A stretch of DNA of 64,000 nucleotides from a virus (taxonomy: Duplodnaviria; Caudoviricetes), in IMG/VR virus record IMGVR_UViG_2513237329_000015, positions 1 to 64,000 of that record. One strand, written 5' to 3'. Under the pieces are notes generated by a model that ran no database searches, had not been told where the DNA came from, and saw only the letters and a list, made by a program, of their open reading frames with translations. Positions 35,433-44,817 of this stretch are shown here, one piece after another. Position numbers and translations under genes: made by a program. The first letter of the stretch is position 1; the number at the start of each line of letters is the position of its first letter.

Positions 35433-38400
35433 ATGAAGGTAAAAAGATACTGGAAAAAGATCTTATCCTTGGTACTGACGTCAGCACTCCTGCTCGGCTT
35501 GTTGCCGACTGCGGCCTTTGCCTATTCCCCGGATGAAAAAACGGATATCATTGAGTTCAAGGCTATGGTACTTGAGAATTTGACGGGCGGAACCGTATCC
35601 GAGTATCAGTACCTGACCACCGACAATACATTTTACAGCGACATCAATATGAATGGCTATACGGATGAAGATGGCGAGTATGGCTATTCTTGGACGATGC
35701 TGTCCTATACGATTGAGAAAACGCAGCCGGTCAACCTGATGCTGTACCGCATGAATGATGACACGGAGTATGTCTACGGCGACACGGTGAACCTCACCCA
35801 CTCGGAGAGCCCAGAGGCAGATGAACCGTTTATCGGAGAGTTTATCGGATATCTGCATGGCACCCCTCTGCTGGACGAGAACGGGGAACCGTTTATTGGT
35901 GATATTCCGGAAGAGGAGCTCCAGGAATTGATTTGGCAAGCCGTTTGGGGCGGCTTACCCTCAGAAACAATAAAGGAATATACCGCGTTTGGCTTCACCG
36001 GTGAGGAGTTGGATATCTCCAATGCGATAGATGCCCCAGAACCTACCGAGACGCCTACGGAGCCGAAGCCCACCGAGACGCCCACGGAGCCAGAACCTAC
36101 CGAGACGCCCACGGAGCCGGAACCCACCGAGACGCCCACGGAGCCGGAACCCACCGAGACGCCCGCGGAGCCGGAACCCACCGAGACGCCCGCGGAGCCG
36201 GAACCCACCGAGACGCCCGCGGAGCCGGAGCCCACCGAGACGCCTGCGGAACCGGAGCCCACCGAGACGCCCACGGAGCCGGAACCCAGCGAGACGCCCA
36301 CGGAGCCGGAACCCAGCGAGGATTCCGCAGATTCAGGACCTGGTGAAGTCCCCGCAGAACAAAAGGCAAGTGCAGCCCCTGTGATGCTGGAGTCCAGCGA
36401 GGAACCTGCAGAGCCGGAGCCCACCGAGACGCCCGCAGAGCCGGAGCCCACCGAGACGCCTGAAGAGCCGGAGCCCACCGAGACACCCGTAGAGTCGGAG
36501 CCCACCGAGACGCCTGCGGAGCCGGAGCCCACCGAGACGCCTGCGGAGCCGGAGCCCACCGAGATGCCCGCAGAGCCGGAGCCCATCGAGACGCCCGTAG
36601 AACCTGAGCCTACTCCAGTGGAAACAGAACCACAGGTTCCCCAATATACAGAGGCCGATGTTTTGATTGACCGGGGTGCCAATGGACTGTTTCGCGCGGA
36701 CACGGATGAGGGCGCCTATACTAAGAACTATCTCCTCTGGGATGGTCTGATCGAAACAGAAGATGGCGCTCTTACATACTGCAATCTTGAGAGCGGAAAT
36801 TATGTTATTGTCATGCAGCCTACCACTCCGGGGGCGGAAAAGTACAGGAGCTTCCTGGCTTTTTCGCAGAATTCTGAGCGGCAGGATCAGTTCCTGAACT
36901 CGGACGCTTGGAGCGAGCTGGAGGCGATGGCGGAAAAATACGGTTGGACAGTTGACCCCGTGGACCTGTTGACCGGAAGCTTCAAGTGGGAATACCAGGA
37001 TCTGGCGCTTTACGGGAAAGACGATCTTCCGTTTATCCGGTATTATAACTCGTCCGATTTTGAGGATGACCATGGCCTCGGCCTAGGCTGGAGCAGCAAC
37101 TATACCGCATTTTTGGATATTGAGAATCTCTTTGTCCGGGCCATCCTGCCAAACGGCAGGGAGCTCTATTTCAACCTCAACTTCGACGATACCTTCCGGC
37201 CGGTGGGAGACTGCACGCTGGAGTGGGCTGGCGGGGAGTTCCTGTTGAAGAACACCAGTGATGGGACAAGCTATGCCTTCACAAAGGAAGGTGATCTGGC
37301 ACGGATCGACTATTTGAATGGGAATACCGTGCAGTTTAGCTATACTGGCGATCAGCTTACCGAAATCTCGAATGCCTCCGGCAGCCTTTTGCTGGAGTAC
37401 ACTGGCGGACACATATCCAGAATTACGGACAGCACAGGCCGCAGTATCACCCTCACCTATGACGGCGATTACCTGTCCCAGGTGGATAATCCAGACGGAA
37501 ACAGCTTCTCTTATACATATGAGGACGGCTGCTTGACCGAGGTTTCCAACCTAAAGGGCGAGGTGTATGTCCAGAACGTGTATGATTCCCAGGGACGAGT
37601 CGTGCACCAGGAAGTCGCCAACATGGGTGTATTCGACTTCACGTATGATACGGACAACCGGGTCAATACCTGCACAGGTACAGACGGCTACCTGCTGGAA
37701 ATCCACTACGATGAGTTGGGACGGATTACCCGGAGCACAAATGCGGAGGGGACTGCCCGCATCACCTACAATGAGGAAAATCAGGTAACCAGTGAGACAG
37801 ACCGCGAGGGCAACACCACCCGCTATACTCACGACGAGGCGGGGAATATCTCCCGCATCACCTATCCGGACGGCACGACGGAGGACTTTGTCTATAATGA
37901 AGACCGGCTGGTTACGGAGTTTACCGACCGGAACGGCATTACCAGTTCCTATACATATGATGACAAGGGTAACGCTACCAGCCTGACCGACGGCCGCGGC
38001 AACACAATTTCCTGTGAGTATGACGCTATGGGCAATATGCTCACTCAGACAGATGCCGAAGGGAATACGACTACCTACACCTACGACGCGGTGGGAAACT
38101 GTACCTCAGTAAGGGATGCCCGCGGCAATCAGACCACTATGGAATATGACAGACAGGGCCGCCTGCTCTCCCAGATAGATGCCCAGGGCAACACCACTTC
38201 CTATGAGTATACCGATGCGGGTAAGCTCGTAAAAATGACGGACGCCCAGGGCAACGTGCAGAACTACACCGTAGACGGCAATGGCTTCAATACCAGCGAG
38301 AGCGACTGGCTGGGAAACACTACAACCAGTGAGCGCAATGCCCAGAACCAGGTCACAAAGATCACGGATCCGCTGGGCAACGCCACGACCTACTCCTATG

Positions 38401-41400
38401 ATGACCGGGGCAATATGACTGTGGCCACTGACGCCAACGGGCATTCCACCACCTATACCTACGATGCCGCGGGGCGTATGCTCTCCATGACAACCTCCAA
38501 TGGCGGTACCTGGAGCTATGGCTATGACAACGAGGGGCGGCAGATCTCCGCCACCGATCCCGCCGGCGGGACCACTACGACCCATTATGACAGTACCGGC
38601 CGCACTACTTCTACCACTGACGCCCGTGGTGCTGAGACCTCTTACACCTATGACGGTGTGGGAAATACCATCCAAACCAAAGATGCACTGGGCAACAGCA
38701 CTGTGATGGAATATGACGCCAATGGCAACTTGATCTCCCAGACCGACCGCACCGGCGCCCAAACGACCTATACCTATGACGCCAACAACCGTATGGTCAG
38801 CAGCACGGATGCGTTGGGCCAAGTTACACAGTATAGCTATGATGAGGTAGGAAATCTGATCTCTACCACTACCCCGGAAGGGAATAAATCCTCCGCGGAA
38901 TATGACGATCTGAACCGGGCAGGCTCCTCTACCGACGCTCTGAGCCGCGTGACCGCGCAGGAATATGACAGCTTGGGCCGTGTGATCAGGACCACCTATG
39001 CCGACGGCTCTAGTGTGTCCTATACTTACGATGCCAACGGGCAGGTGCTCACTGCTACGGACGAAATGGGGGGCGTGGTATCCTATACCTACGATGCCAA
39101 TGGCCGTATGCTCACTACTACCGATCCCATGGGCGGCGTTACCAGTACCACCTATGATGCGGTAGGTAATGTGCTCAGCGAAACAACCCCCATGGGCTTC
39201 ACAACCACCTATACCTACGACGGGGACAACAATGTAGCCGCCGTCACCGATGCCAATGGTGCTGCGACCTCCTATACCTATGACGCCATGGATCGGGTGA
39301 GCACCGTGACCGACCCCATGGGAGGCACCACCAGCTACACCTATGATGCCGCTGGCAATCAGAGCACGATCACCGACGCAGAGGGCGGAGTGACCCGCTA
39401 TGAGTATGACCTGCTGGGCCGCACCACTTCCATGACCGATGCCCGCGGCAATACCTGGATCTACGAATACGACAATGAGGGCCGAGCCACTGCGACTGTG
39501 GATCCGTTGAACTACTCCACATCCAAGAGTTACGACGCCATTGGCCAGCTTGTCAGCGAGACGGATGCCAACGGCAACACCTGGACCTACACCTACGATA
39601 AGGACGGCCGGCAGACATCTCAAACTGACCCGCTGGGCAATACGACGACATATGCCTACGACGCGGTGGGCAACCTCCTCACCAGCACCACGGCGTTGGG
39701 GCGAACCACCAGCTATACCTACGATGCCCGGAACCGCAAGACCAGCGAGACCGATCCTATGGGCCATGTGATCACCTTCTACTACGATGCCCTGGGGCGG
39801 CTGGTTGGAGCGGACAATAAGGATGGAACGCATGTCTCCACCACCTATGACGCCAACGGGAATACCCTGACTACCACGGACGAAGAGGGCTATGTGGTCT
39901 CCTATGTCTATGACCTGGACGGCCGTATGACGGAGATGACCAATGCCCGTGGGTACAAGACCTCCTATACCTACGACGCGGTGGGCAATCAGATTTCCAT
40001 CACCGATGCCAAGGGTGGTGTGACCAGCTCCGTCTATGATGCCAATGGCAATCTGACCTCTGAGACTGATGTGCTGGGCAATACGACCACTTATACCTAT
40101 GACAAGCTGGGCCGGCTGCTCACCATCACCGATCCCAAGGGCGGCGTGACGGCCTCGGAGTATGATGCCAACGGCAATCTGGTCAAGGCCACCGATGCGG
40201 AGGGCCATGTCATTACCTATACCTATGATGCGCTCAACCGCCTGAGCAGCTACGTGGACACCGAGGGCTACACCCACTCCTATACTTACGACGGCAACGG
40301 CAACGTTCTCACAGAGACCGACGGCCGGGGCAACACGACTACCTATACCTATGACGGCCTGAACCGGCAGGTGGGTATGACTGATGCCGAGGGCGGTGTG
40401 TCCTCCAACACCTACGATGCCGACGGCCGCCTGATCCAGACAACCAATGCGGAAGGCGCTGTGACCAAGTATATCTACGATGACTGCGACCGCGTGGTGG
40501 AGATGATCGACGCTCTGGGCAACTCCACCAAGTACACCTATGACGCGATGGACCGGGTGCTCACCGTGACAGACCCGCGCGGCGGCGTGACCACTTATAC
40601 CTACACGGACCGCGGCGACGTGGCCACCGAGACCGATGCCGAGGGCTACACCGTCTCCTATGAGTACGACGGCAATCACAATATGGTGAAGAAGACCACC
40701 GTGGACGGCGACACCACCTATGTCTATGACGAGCTGGACCGGCTGATCTCCACCACCACCCCGGACGGCAAAACCGAAAATATCGAGTACGACGGCAAGG
40801 GACAGGTGACCGCTTCCACCGATAAGGGCGGACACACCACGAAGTATGTCTATGACGCTGCCGGCAACGTGATCCAGACCATCGACGCCAAGGGCAATGT
40901 TGCGGCCTTTGAGTATGACCTGATGGGCAACCTCACAAAGGTCACCCTGCATCGTGTGGATACCCAGGACGGCGTGGACGAGTATGAGGTCACCCTGTAT
41001 GAGTACGACGGCCGGGGCCTCGTCACCAAGGTTGTGGATGCTCTGGGCAACGTGACCACCACGGAGTACGACGGCAACGGCAATATCGCAAAGGTCACCG
41101 ATGCGGACGGATATGTGACGGAATATACCTACAATGCCCTTGATATGGTGACGCATATCAACTATAACGGGGGCAAAGAGGTGTCCTATCAGTACAATGC
41201 CGTTGGCGACCTGGTGCAGATGGACGATTGGACGGGTACCAACACCTTTGAGGTGGATCTGCTCAACCGAATCACTGCGGTCACCAATGAGAAGGGCAAC
41301 AAGGTTACCTATGAGTATGATGCCACTGGAAACCAGACCAGAGTAGGCTATCCTGACGGTACCAGTGTGACCAAGACCTATGATTTGGTGGGCAACCTGG

Positions 41401-43718
41401 AGAGCGTCGTGGAAAGCGACGGCCGAACCACCACCTACCAGTACGACGGGATGCGGCGCTTGGTTCACATGAACTATCCGGATGGCTGGCAGGAGGACTA
41501 CACCTATGACGCCGTTGGCCAGATCCTGAGTATCTATGACACCGATCCCACCGGACAGGACATGAAGCAGCAGAAGAACAAGTTCGAGTACGACGCCTGC
41601 GGCAACATGACCTATGAGTATATGCGGGGCAACGGCACCGGAGGGGCTACCACAGAGGTGTTCTACACTTATGATGAGCTCCATCAGGTGGTGACGGCAA
41701 AGGAGAACTACGGCAACAAAACGCGCACCTACCAGTATGACAGCCTGGGCAACCTGACCTATGAGACCAACAGCAACAATGTCCAGTACGACTATAAGCT
41801 CAACAATCTCAACCAACTGGTGGAAAAGACCTACAGCAAGGGCAAGGAGCATACGGTCTATACCTACGATGGCCGAGGCAACCTGGTCGAGGAGGAGTAC
41901 GGGAAGAACAAAAAGACCGCCACGGTCGGCGCGTACACCTTCGATGAGACGAACCGGATGGTGCTGGGCGTCAACGCCGACAGCGAGAGCAGCGCCTATA
42001 CCTTCAACGGCCTGGGGGCGCTGGTGGAGCAGACCTGGACGATCAAGAAGAACAGCTACGGCTACCACGACGGTTCTGAGACGGCTGCGCTGACTGCTCA
42101 GGGAGGAGCGGCGGAGACTGAGAGCGGGGCCGATGCGGAGGCGCAGGCCGCGGCTCCGGCTCCTGACACCGGTACGGCTCTTTTGGATGAGCTGGATGCC
42201 ATGGGCGACCCGGCCGCTGCTCTGGATGCAGAATTGGGGATCATGCCCTTGAAGAACGACCACAGCGATAAGAAGCCGGACGATAAGCCCGGCCACAAGC
42301 CGAACCAGATGATCACCGTGGTCAAGCAGTTCTTCCCGGATTACACCCGGGAGACCCTGGACCCGCTGGTGGAGAACGAGGTGGGCGGCCTGGAGTACCG
42401 GTATGTCTATGGCAATGAGCGCCTGAGCGTCAACATCACCGGAATCGAGAACGGCGCGGGGAGCATTGTGGAGAACGGCAACCAGGTACGGCTCTACTAC
42501 CACCAGGATCTGCGCGGTACGGTGGACTACCTGACCAGCCCGGTGAGCCAGAAGATCGAGAGCTGGACACACTACAACGAGTGGGGCGAGATCACCCACA
42601 ATGCGGTACTCAAGTGCGGCCAGCGGCAGCTCGACCTGGTGAAGAACTACACCGGTCATGAGTATGACGCGGTGCTCAACCTCTACTTTGCCAAGGCCCG
42701 CTTCTACGACGCGGAGAACCGGCGCTTCATCTCCATGGATCCGGTAAAGGGTTCAGTCAAGGATCCGATCTCCATGGTGCAGTATCTGTATGTTAAGAAC
42801 GCTCCTCTGATCTATACTGATCCCACAGGAGAAAAATATTCTCTTGCGCAGGGAACTGTAGCCCATGCGGAGATTACGGCTTACATTAAAAGTATTGAGC
42901 CCACTGCGGAAGGTGGAGTGAAGATAGTTGGACTCACCAGGACAAAGTCTGGCCGTGGATTTGCAGACATAATCATCAAAAATGGAGGAAACCATGATGT
43001 CTATGAAATAAAGTCCGACCAATATGAGTTTTTGGGAAGATATAATGCCGCTGCTATTAACCAGTTGGACTCTTATGTCAACGCAATAACCAACTATCCA
43101 GTAGAAAATGCCAACTATTATCCAGCTAGAAAGGGCACAAAGGTGATTCCAACTCCGGTATATCTTCCCTACCTTTTGGATCGAACAAAAGTAATACGTG
43201 TATATACAAAATACAACAAGTATCCTGGTCTCATTTTTTACGAGATTATGAAAGCACCGCAGAATAAGCAAGTTGTTGCGGAGGAGTCCTTTGTTACAGC
43301 TTCGCTACTGCAAACGGTAAGCTACTATGGAATGGTTACATGTGAGTACCCACCAGCCTATTACCAAGATTACATTAATGTTGATTCTTATTTGGATCAA
43401 CAAATGAATGATGATATTCAAGCATGGCTTGATGGTGCAACCGTTTCAACATATACCGAAGGGCTTAATATTTATACTAAGATAGTATATGCAGATGGTA
43501 CCGAGGTTTACCGTTATGAGGGGCTGGGAGTTCCTTTTTTGACAACTACTCCTAAGCTAAGCGGTAGTGAATTGCTCACAATTAGAGAGGGTGGAACTTA
43601 TAACCAACTACAAGGCTGGGCGTCATCTGCAAAAGAAGCATTTAATTTGCAAAAAGCCGCATCGACAGTCCCGGTGCTACCGCTTCCTGGAGGAGGCGTA
43701 GTCGTACCGGTAGTCTGA
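35433..43718 (+). CDS. Sec-exported Rhs/YD-repeat polymorphic toxin (2761 aa)
   Basis: Signal peptide MKVKRYWKKILSLVLTSALLLGLLPTAAFA; VDPVDLLTG/GLGWS pre-Rhs domain; many YTYD..G repeats; core end YTGHEYD..LYFAKARFYD...RFISMDP...YLYVKNAPLIYTDPTG. Confidence 0.95.
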   Translation: MKVKRYWKKILSLVLTSALLLGLLPTAAFAYSPDEKTDIIEFKAMVLENLTGGTVSEYQYLTTDNTFYSDINMNGYTDEDGEYGYSWTMLSYTIEKTQPVNLMLYRMNDDTEYVYGDTVNLTHSESPEADEPFIGEFIGYLHGTPLLDENGEPFIGDIPEEELQELIWQAVWGGLPSETIKEYTAFGFTGEELDISNAIDAPEPTETPTEPKPTETPTEPEPTETPTEPEPTETPTEPEPTETPAEPEPTETPAEPEPTETPAEPEPTETPAEPEPTETPTEPEPSETPTEPEPSEDSADSGPGEVPAEQKASAAPVMLESSEEPAEPEPTETPAEPEPTETPEEPEPTETPVESEPTETPAEPEPTETPAEPEPTEMPAEPEPIETPVEPEPTPVETEPQVPQYTEADVLIDRGANGLFRADTDEGAYTKNYLLWDGLIETEDGALTYCNLESGNYVIVMQPTTPGAEKYRSFLAFSQNSERQDQFLNSDAWSELEAMAEKYGWTVDPVDLLTGSFKWEYQDLALYGKDDLPFIRYYNSSDFEDDHGLGLGWSSNYTAFLDIENLFVRAILPNGRELYFNLNFDDTFRPVGDCTLEWAGGEFLLKNTSDGTSYAFTKEGDLARIDYLNGNTVQFSYTGDQLTEISNASGSLLLEYTGGHISRITDSTGRSITLTYDGDYLSQVDNPDGNSFSYTYEDGCLTEVSNLKGEVYVQNVYDSQGRVVHQEVANMGVFDFTYDTDNRVNTCTGTDGYLLEIHYDELGRITRSTNAEGTARITYNEENQVTSETDREGNTTRYTHDEAGNISRITYPDGTTEDFVYNEDRLVTEFTDRNGITSSYTYDDKGNATSLTDGRGNTISCEYDAMGNMLTQTDAEGNTTTYTYDAVGNCTSVRDARGNQTTMEYDRQGRLLSQIDAQGNTTSYEYTDAGKLVKMTDAQGNVQNYTVDGNGFNTSESDWLGNTTTSERNAQNQVTKITDPLGNATTYSYDDRGNMTVATDANGHSTTYTYDAAGRMLSMTTSNGGTWSYGYDNEGRQISATDPAGGTTTTHYDSTGRTTSTTDARGAETSYTYDGVGNTIQTKDALGNSTVMEYDANGNLISQTDRTGAQTTYTYDANNRMVSSTDALGQVTQYSYDEVGNLISTTTPEGNKSSAEYDDLNRAGSSTDALSRVTAQEYDSLGRVIRTTYADGSSVSYTYDANGQVLTATDEMGGVVSYTYDANGRMLTTTDPMGGVTSTTYDAVGNVLSETTPMGFTTTYTYDGDNNVAAVTDANGAATSYTYDAMDRVSTVTDPMGGTTSYTYDAAGNQSTITDAEGGVTRYEYDLLGRTTSMTDARGNTWIYEYDNEGRATATVDPLNYSTSKSYDAIGQLVSETDANGNTWTYTYDKDGRQTSQTDPLGNTTTYAYDAVGNLLTSTTALGRTTSYTYDARNRKTSETDPMGHVITFYYDALGRLVGADNKDGTHVSTTYDANGNTLTTTDEEGYVVSYVYDLDGRMTEMTNARGYKTSYTYDAVGNQISITDAKGGVTSSVYDANGNLTSETDVLGNTTTYTYDKLGRLLTITDPKGGVTASEYDANGNLVKATDAEGHVITYTYDALNRLSSYVDTEGYTHSYTYDGNGNVLTETDGRGNTTTYTYDGLNRQVGMTDAEGGVSSNTYDADGRLIQTTNAEGAVTKYIYDDCDRVVEMIDALGNSTKYTYDAMDRVLTVTDPRGGVTTYTYTDRGDVATETDAEGYTVSYEYDGNHNMVKKTTVDGDTTYVYDELDRLISTTTPDGKTENIEYDGKGQVTASTDKGGHTTKYVYDAAGNVIQTIDAKGNVAAFEYDLMGNLTKVTLHRVDTQDGVDEYEVTLYEYDGRGLVTKVVDALGNVTTTEYDGNGNIAKVTDADGYVTEYTYNALDMVTHINYNGGKEVSYQYNAVGDLVQMDDWTGTNTFEVDLLNRITAVTNEKGNKVTYEYDATGNQTRVGYPDGTSVTKTYDLVGNLESVVESDGRTTTYQYDGMRRLVHMNYPDGWQEDYTYDAVGQILSIYDTDPTGQDMKQQKNKFEYDACGNMTYEYMRGNGTGGATTEVFYTYDELHQVVTAKENYGNKTRTYQYDSLGNLTYETNSNNVQYDYKLNNLNQLVEKTYSKGKEHTVYTYDGRGNLVEEEYGKNKKTATVGAYTFDETNRMVLGVNADSESSAYTFNGLGALVEQTWTIKKNSYGYHDGSETAALTAQGGAAETESGADAEAQAAAPAPDTGTALLDELDAMGDPAAALDAELGIMPLKNDHSDKKPDDKPGHKPNQMITVVKQFFPDYTRETLDPLVENEVGGLEYRYVYGNERLSVNITGIENGAGSIVENGNQVRLYYHQDLRGTVDYLTSPVSQKIESWTHYNEWGEITHNAVLKCGQRQLDLVKNYTGHEYDAVLNLYFAKARFYDAENRRFISMDPVKGSVKDPISMVQYLYVKNAPLIYTDPTGEKYSLAQGTVAHAEITAYIKSIEPTAEGGVKIVGLTRTKSGRGFADIIIKNGGNHDVYEIKSDQYEFLGRYNAAAINQLDSYVNAITNYPVENANYYPARKGTKVIPTPVYLPYLLDRTKVIRVYTKYNKYPGLIFYEIMKAPQNKQVVAEESFVTASLLQTVSYYGMVTCEYPPAYYQDYINVDSYLDQQMNDDIQAWLDGATVSTYTEGLNIYTKIVYADGTEVYRYEGLGVPFLTTTPKLSGSELLTIREGGTYNQLQGWASSAKEAFNLQKAASTVPVLPLPGGGVVVPVV
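36036..36320 (+). repeat. 27-bp tandem repeat (PEPTETP[T/A]E x10) in the Rhs N-terminal linker
   Basis: Repeated CCGGAACCCACCGAGACGCCC(A/G)CGGAG units. Confidence 0.92.
36405..36614 (+). repeat. Second 27-bp tandem repeat block (about 7 units)
   Basis: PEPTETPAE-type units, more degenerate. Confidence 0.88.
42831..43718 (+). other. Rhs C-terminal toxin domain, PD-(D/E)xK nuclease-like
   Basis: Follows DPTG; abrupt GC drop; G..AH..I..Y, GFADII, VYEIKS motifs. Confidence 0.65.
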
Positions 43719-43723
43719 ATTAT

Positions 43724-43753
43724 AATGCTGGCCGTCTTCGGACGGCCAGCATT
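43724..43753 (+). other. Perfect 13-bp hairpin with cUUCGg tetraloop between toxin and immunity genes
   Basis: AATGCTGGCCGTC-TTCG-GACGGCCAGCATT; no U-tract. Confidence 0.8.
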
Positions 43754-43774
43754 GGAAAAGGGTGTGATCGAAAA

Positions 43775-44578
43775 ATGAACCTAAAGCGAATTATTGAAAC
43801 GGAATTGGAGCCTACCCTATTCTCGTTGGGTTACAAAAGAGGAAATTGGGGGCAGGGGTGGTATCAGTATAAAAATGACGAAGCAGGGATTAGCATTGAA
43901 TATCACGTAGCGCGTGTGGGGCAACAATTTACAAGAGGCATCGAGGTCGATTTTCATGTCTACAGTCTGGCGGGGAAGTGGTTCAGCTTGTCGGACTTTC
44001 CGGGAGAGTCTCCCATATATTATGATACACAAGCAGAGCTGGATCGCAAGTTGAGGCATGCATTTGATGCTACGGTAAATATCGTTTTGCCCTACATACA
44101 GGACATGAAAAAGTATGCTGTTCCGGATCCCTGTTCGGAAGATTACCAAGCTCTTGCAAACTGTCCGATGCAGCGGGCAGAGCGTTTTTCTTCCCAATAC
44201 CATATTCCGATGATACCTGAACGAACGACGCTCATACAACTTAATTCTATACTGAAGTCAATCCGTCCAACGAATTTATCCGAGTTACGAGACTCATTTC
44301 GAGCGAATTATGAAACGCTGATCAATATGGCGGCTTTTTACGGCACGCTATTTGTCAAAAAAGCTCCACGCTTTTGTTGGGGGTGGGCTCCGCTGATACC
44401 GCCAGATGATCCGATTTATCCGCTTATAGCACCAGAGACAGAGCGATTTGTGATTCTTGAAGTAGGTAACCCTGATTTTGGGCCAAGTGAAAGGATTGAT
44501 GCCCTGTCATTTTCTGTACAGGTGTGGAACTATGTGGAAACAAAGAGGAACCAATTTACCTCCGTTGCACTTATGTGA
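43775..44578 (+). CDS. Putative cognate immunity protein
   Basis: Low-GC ORF directly after the Rhs tip; no signal peptide. Confidence 0.65.
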   Translation: MNLKRIIETELEPTLFSLGYKRGNWGQGWYQYKNDEAGISIEYHVARVGQQFTRGIEVDFHVYSLAGKWFSLSDFPGESPIYYDTQAELDRKLRHAFDATVNIVLPYIQDMKKYAVPDPCSEDYQALANCPMQRAERFSSQYHIPMIPERTTLIQLNSILKSIRPTNLSELRDSFRANYETLINMAAFYGTLFVKKAPRFCWGWAPLIPPDDPIYPLIAPETERFVILEVGNPDFGPSERIDALSFSVQVWNYVETKRNQFTSVALM

Positions 44579-44817
44579 AGAAGAGCACGGCCTTACTCCG
44601 GAGCAATATAAAGCTGCCACAGAGTACGCAACTGCCAGCGAACGCGGTAATTACTATATCCAGGCGTTCATAGATATTTTGAAGAAGAACCCCAAGATCT
44701 GAGCGTTTTGGAATGGTATCTTTAGAAAACACATAGCATCGGCATGTCGCTGGGAGATTTCCTCTCAGCGACATGCCCTCAGTTTTGGTTTTGTATCCAT
44801 ATTTCGGGGAGGTCATT

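Noticed and set aside
36036-36614. 27-bp repeats as a CRISPR array
   Set aside because: Head-to-tail coding repeats without unique spacers; no cas genes.
38106-42659. 1517-aa minus-strand ORF and other long antisense ORFs (e.g. 29243-31711, 27031-28563, 10274-11779)
   Set aside because: Shadow frames of high-GC, codon-biased plus-strand genes; no RBS or recognisable motifs.
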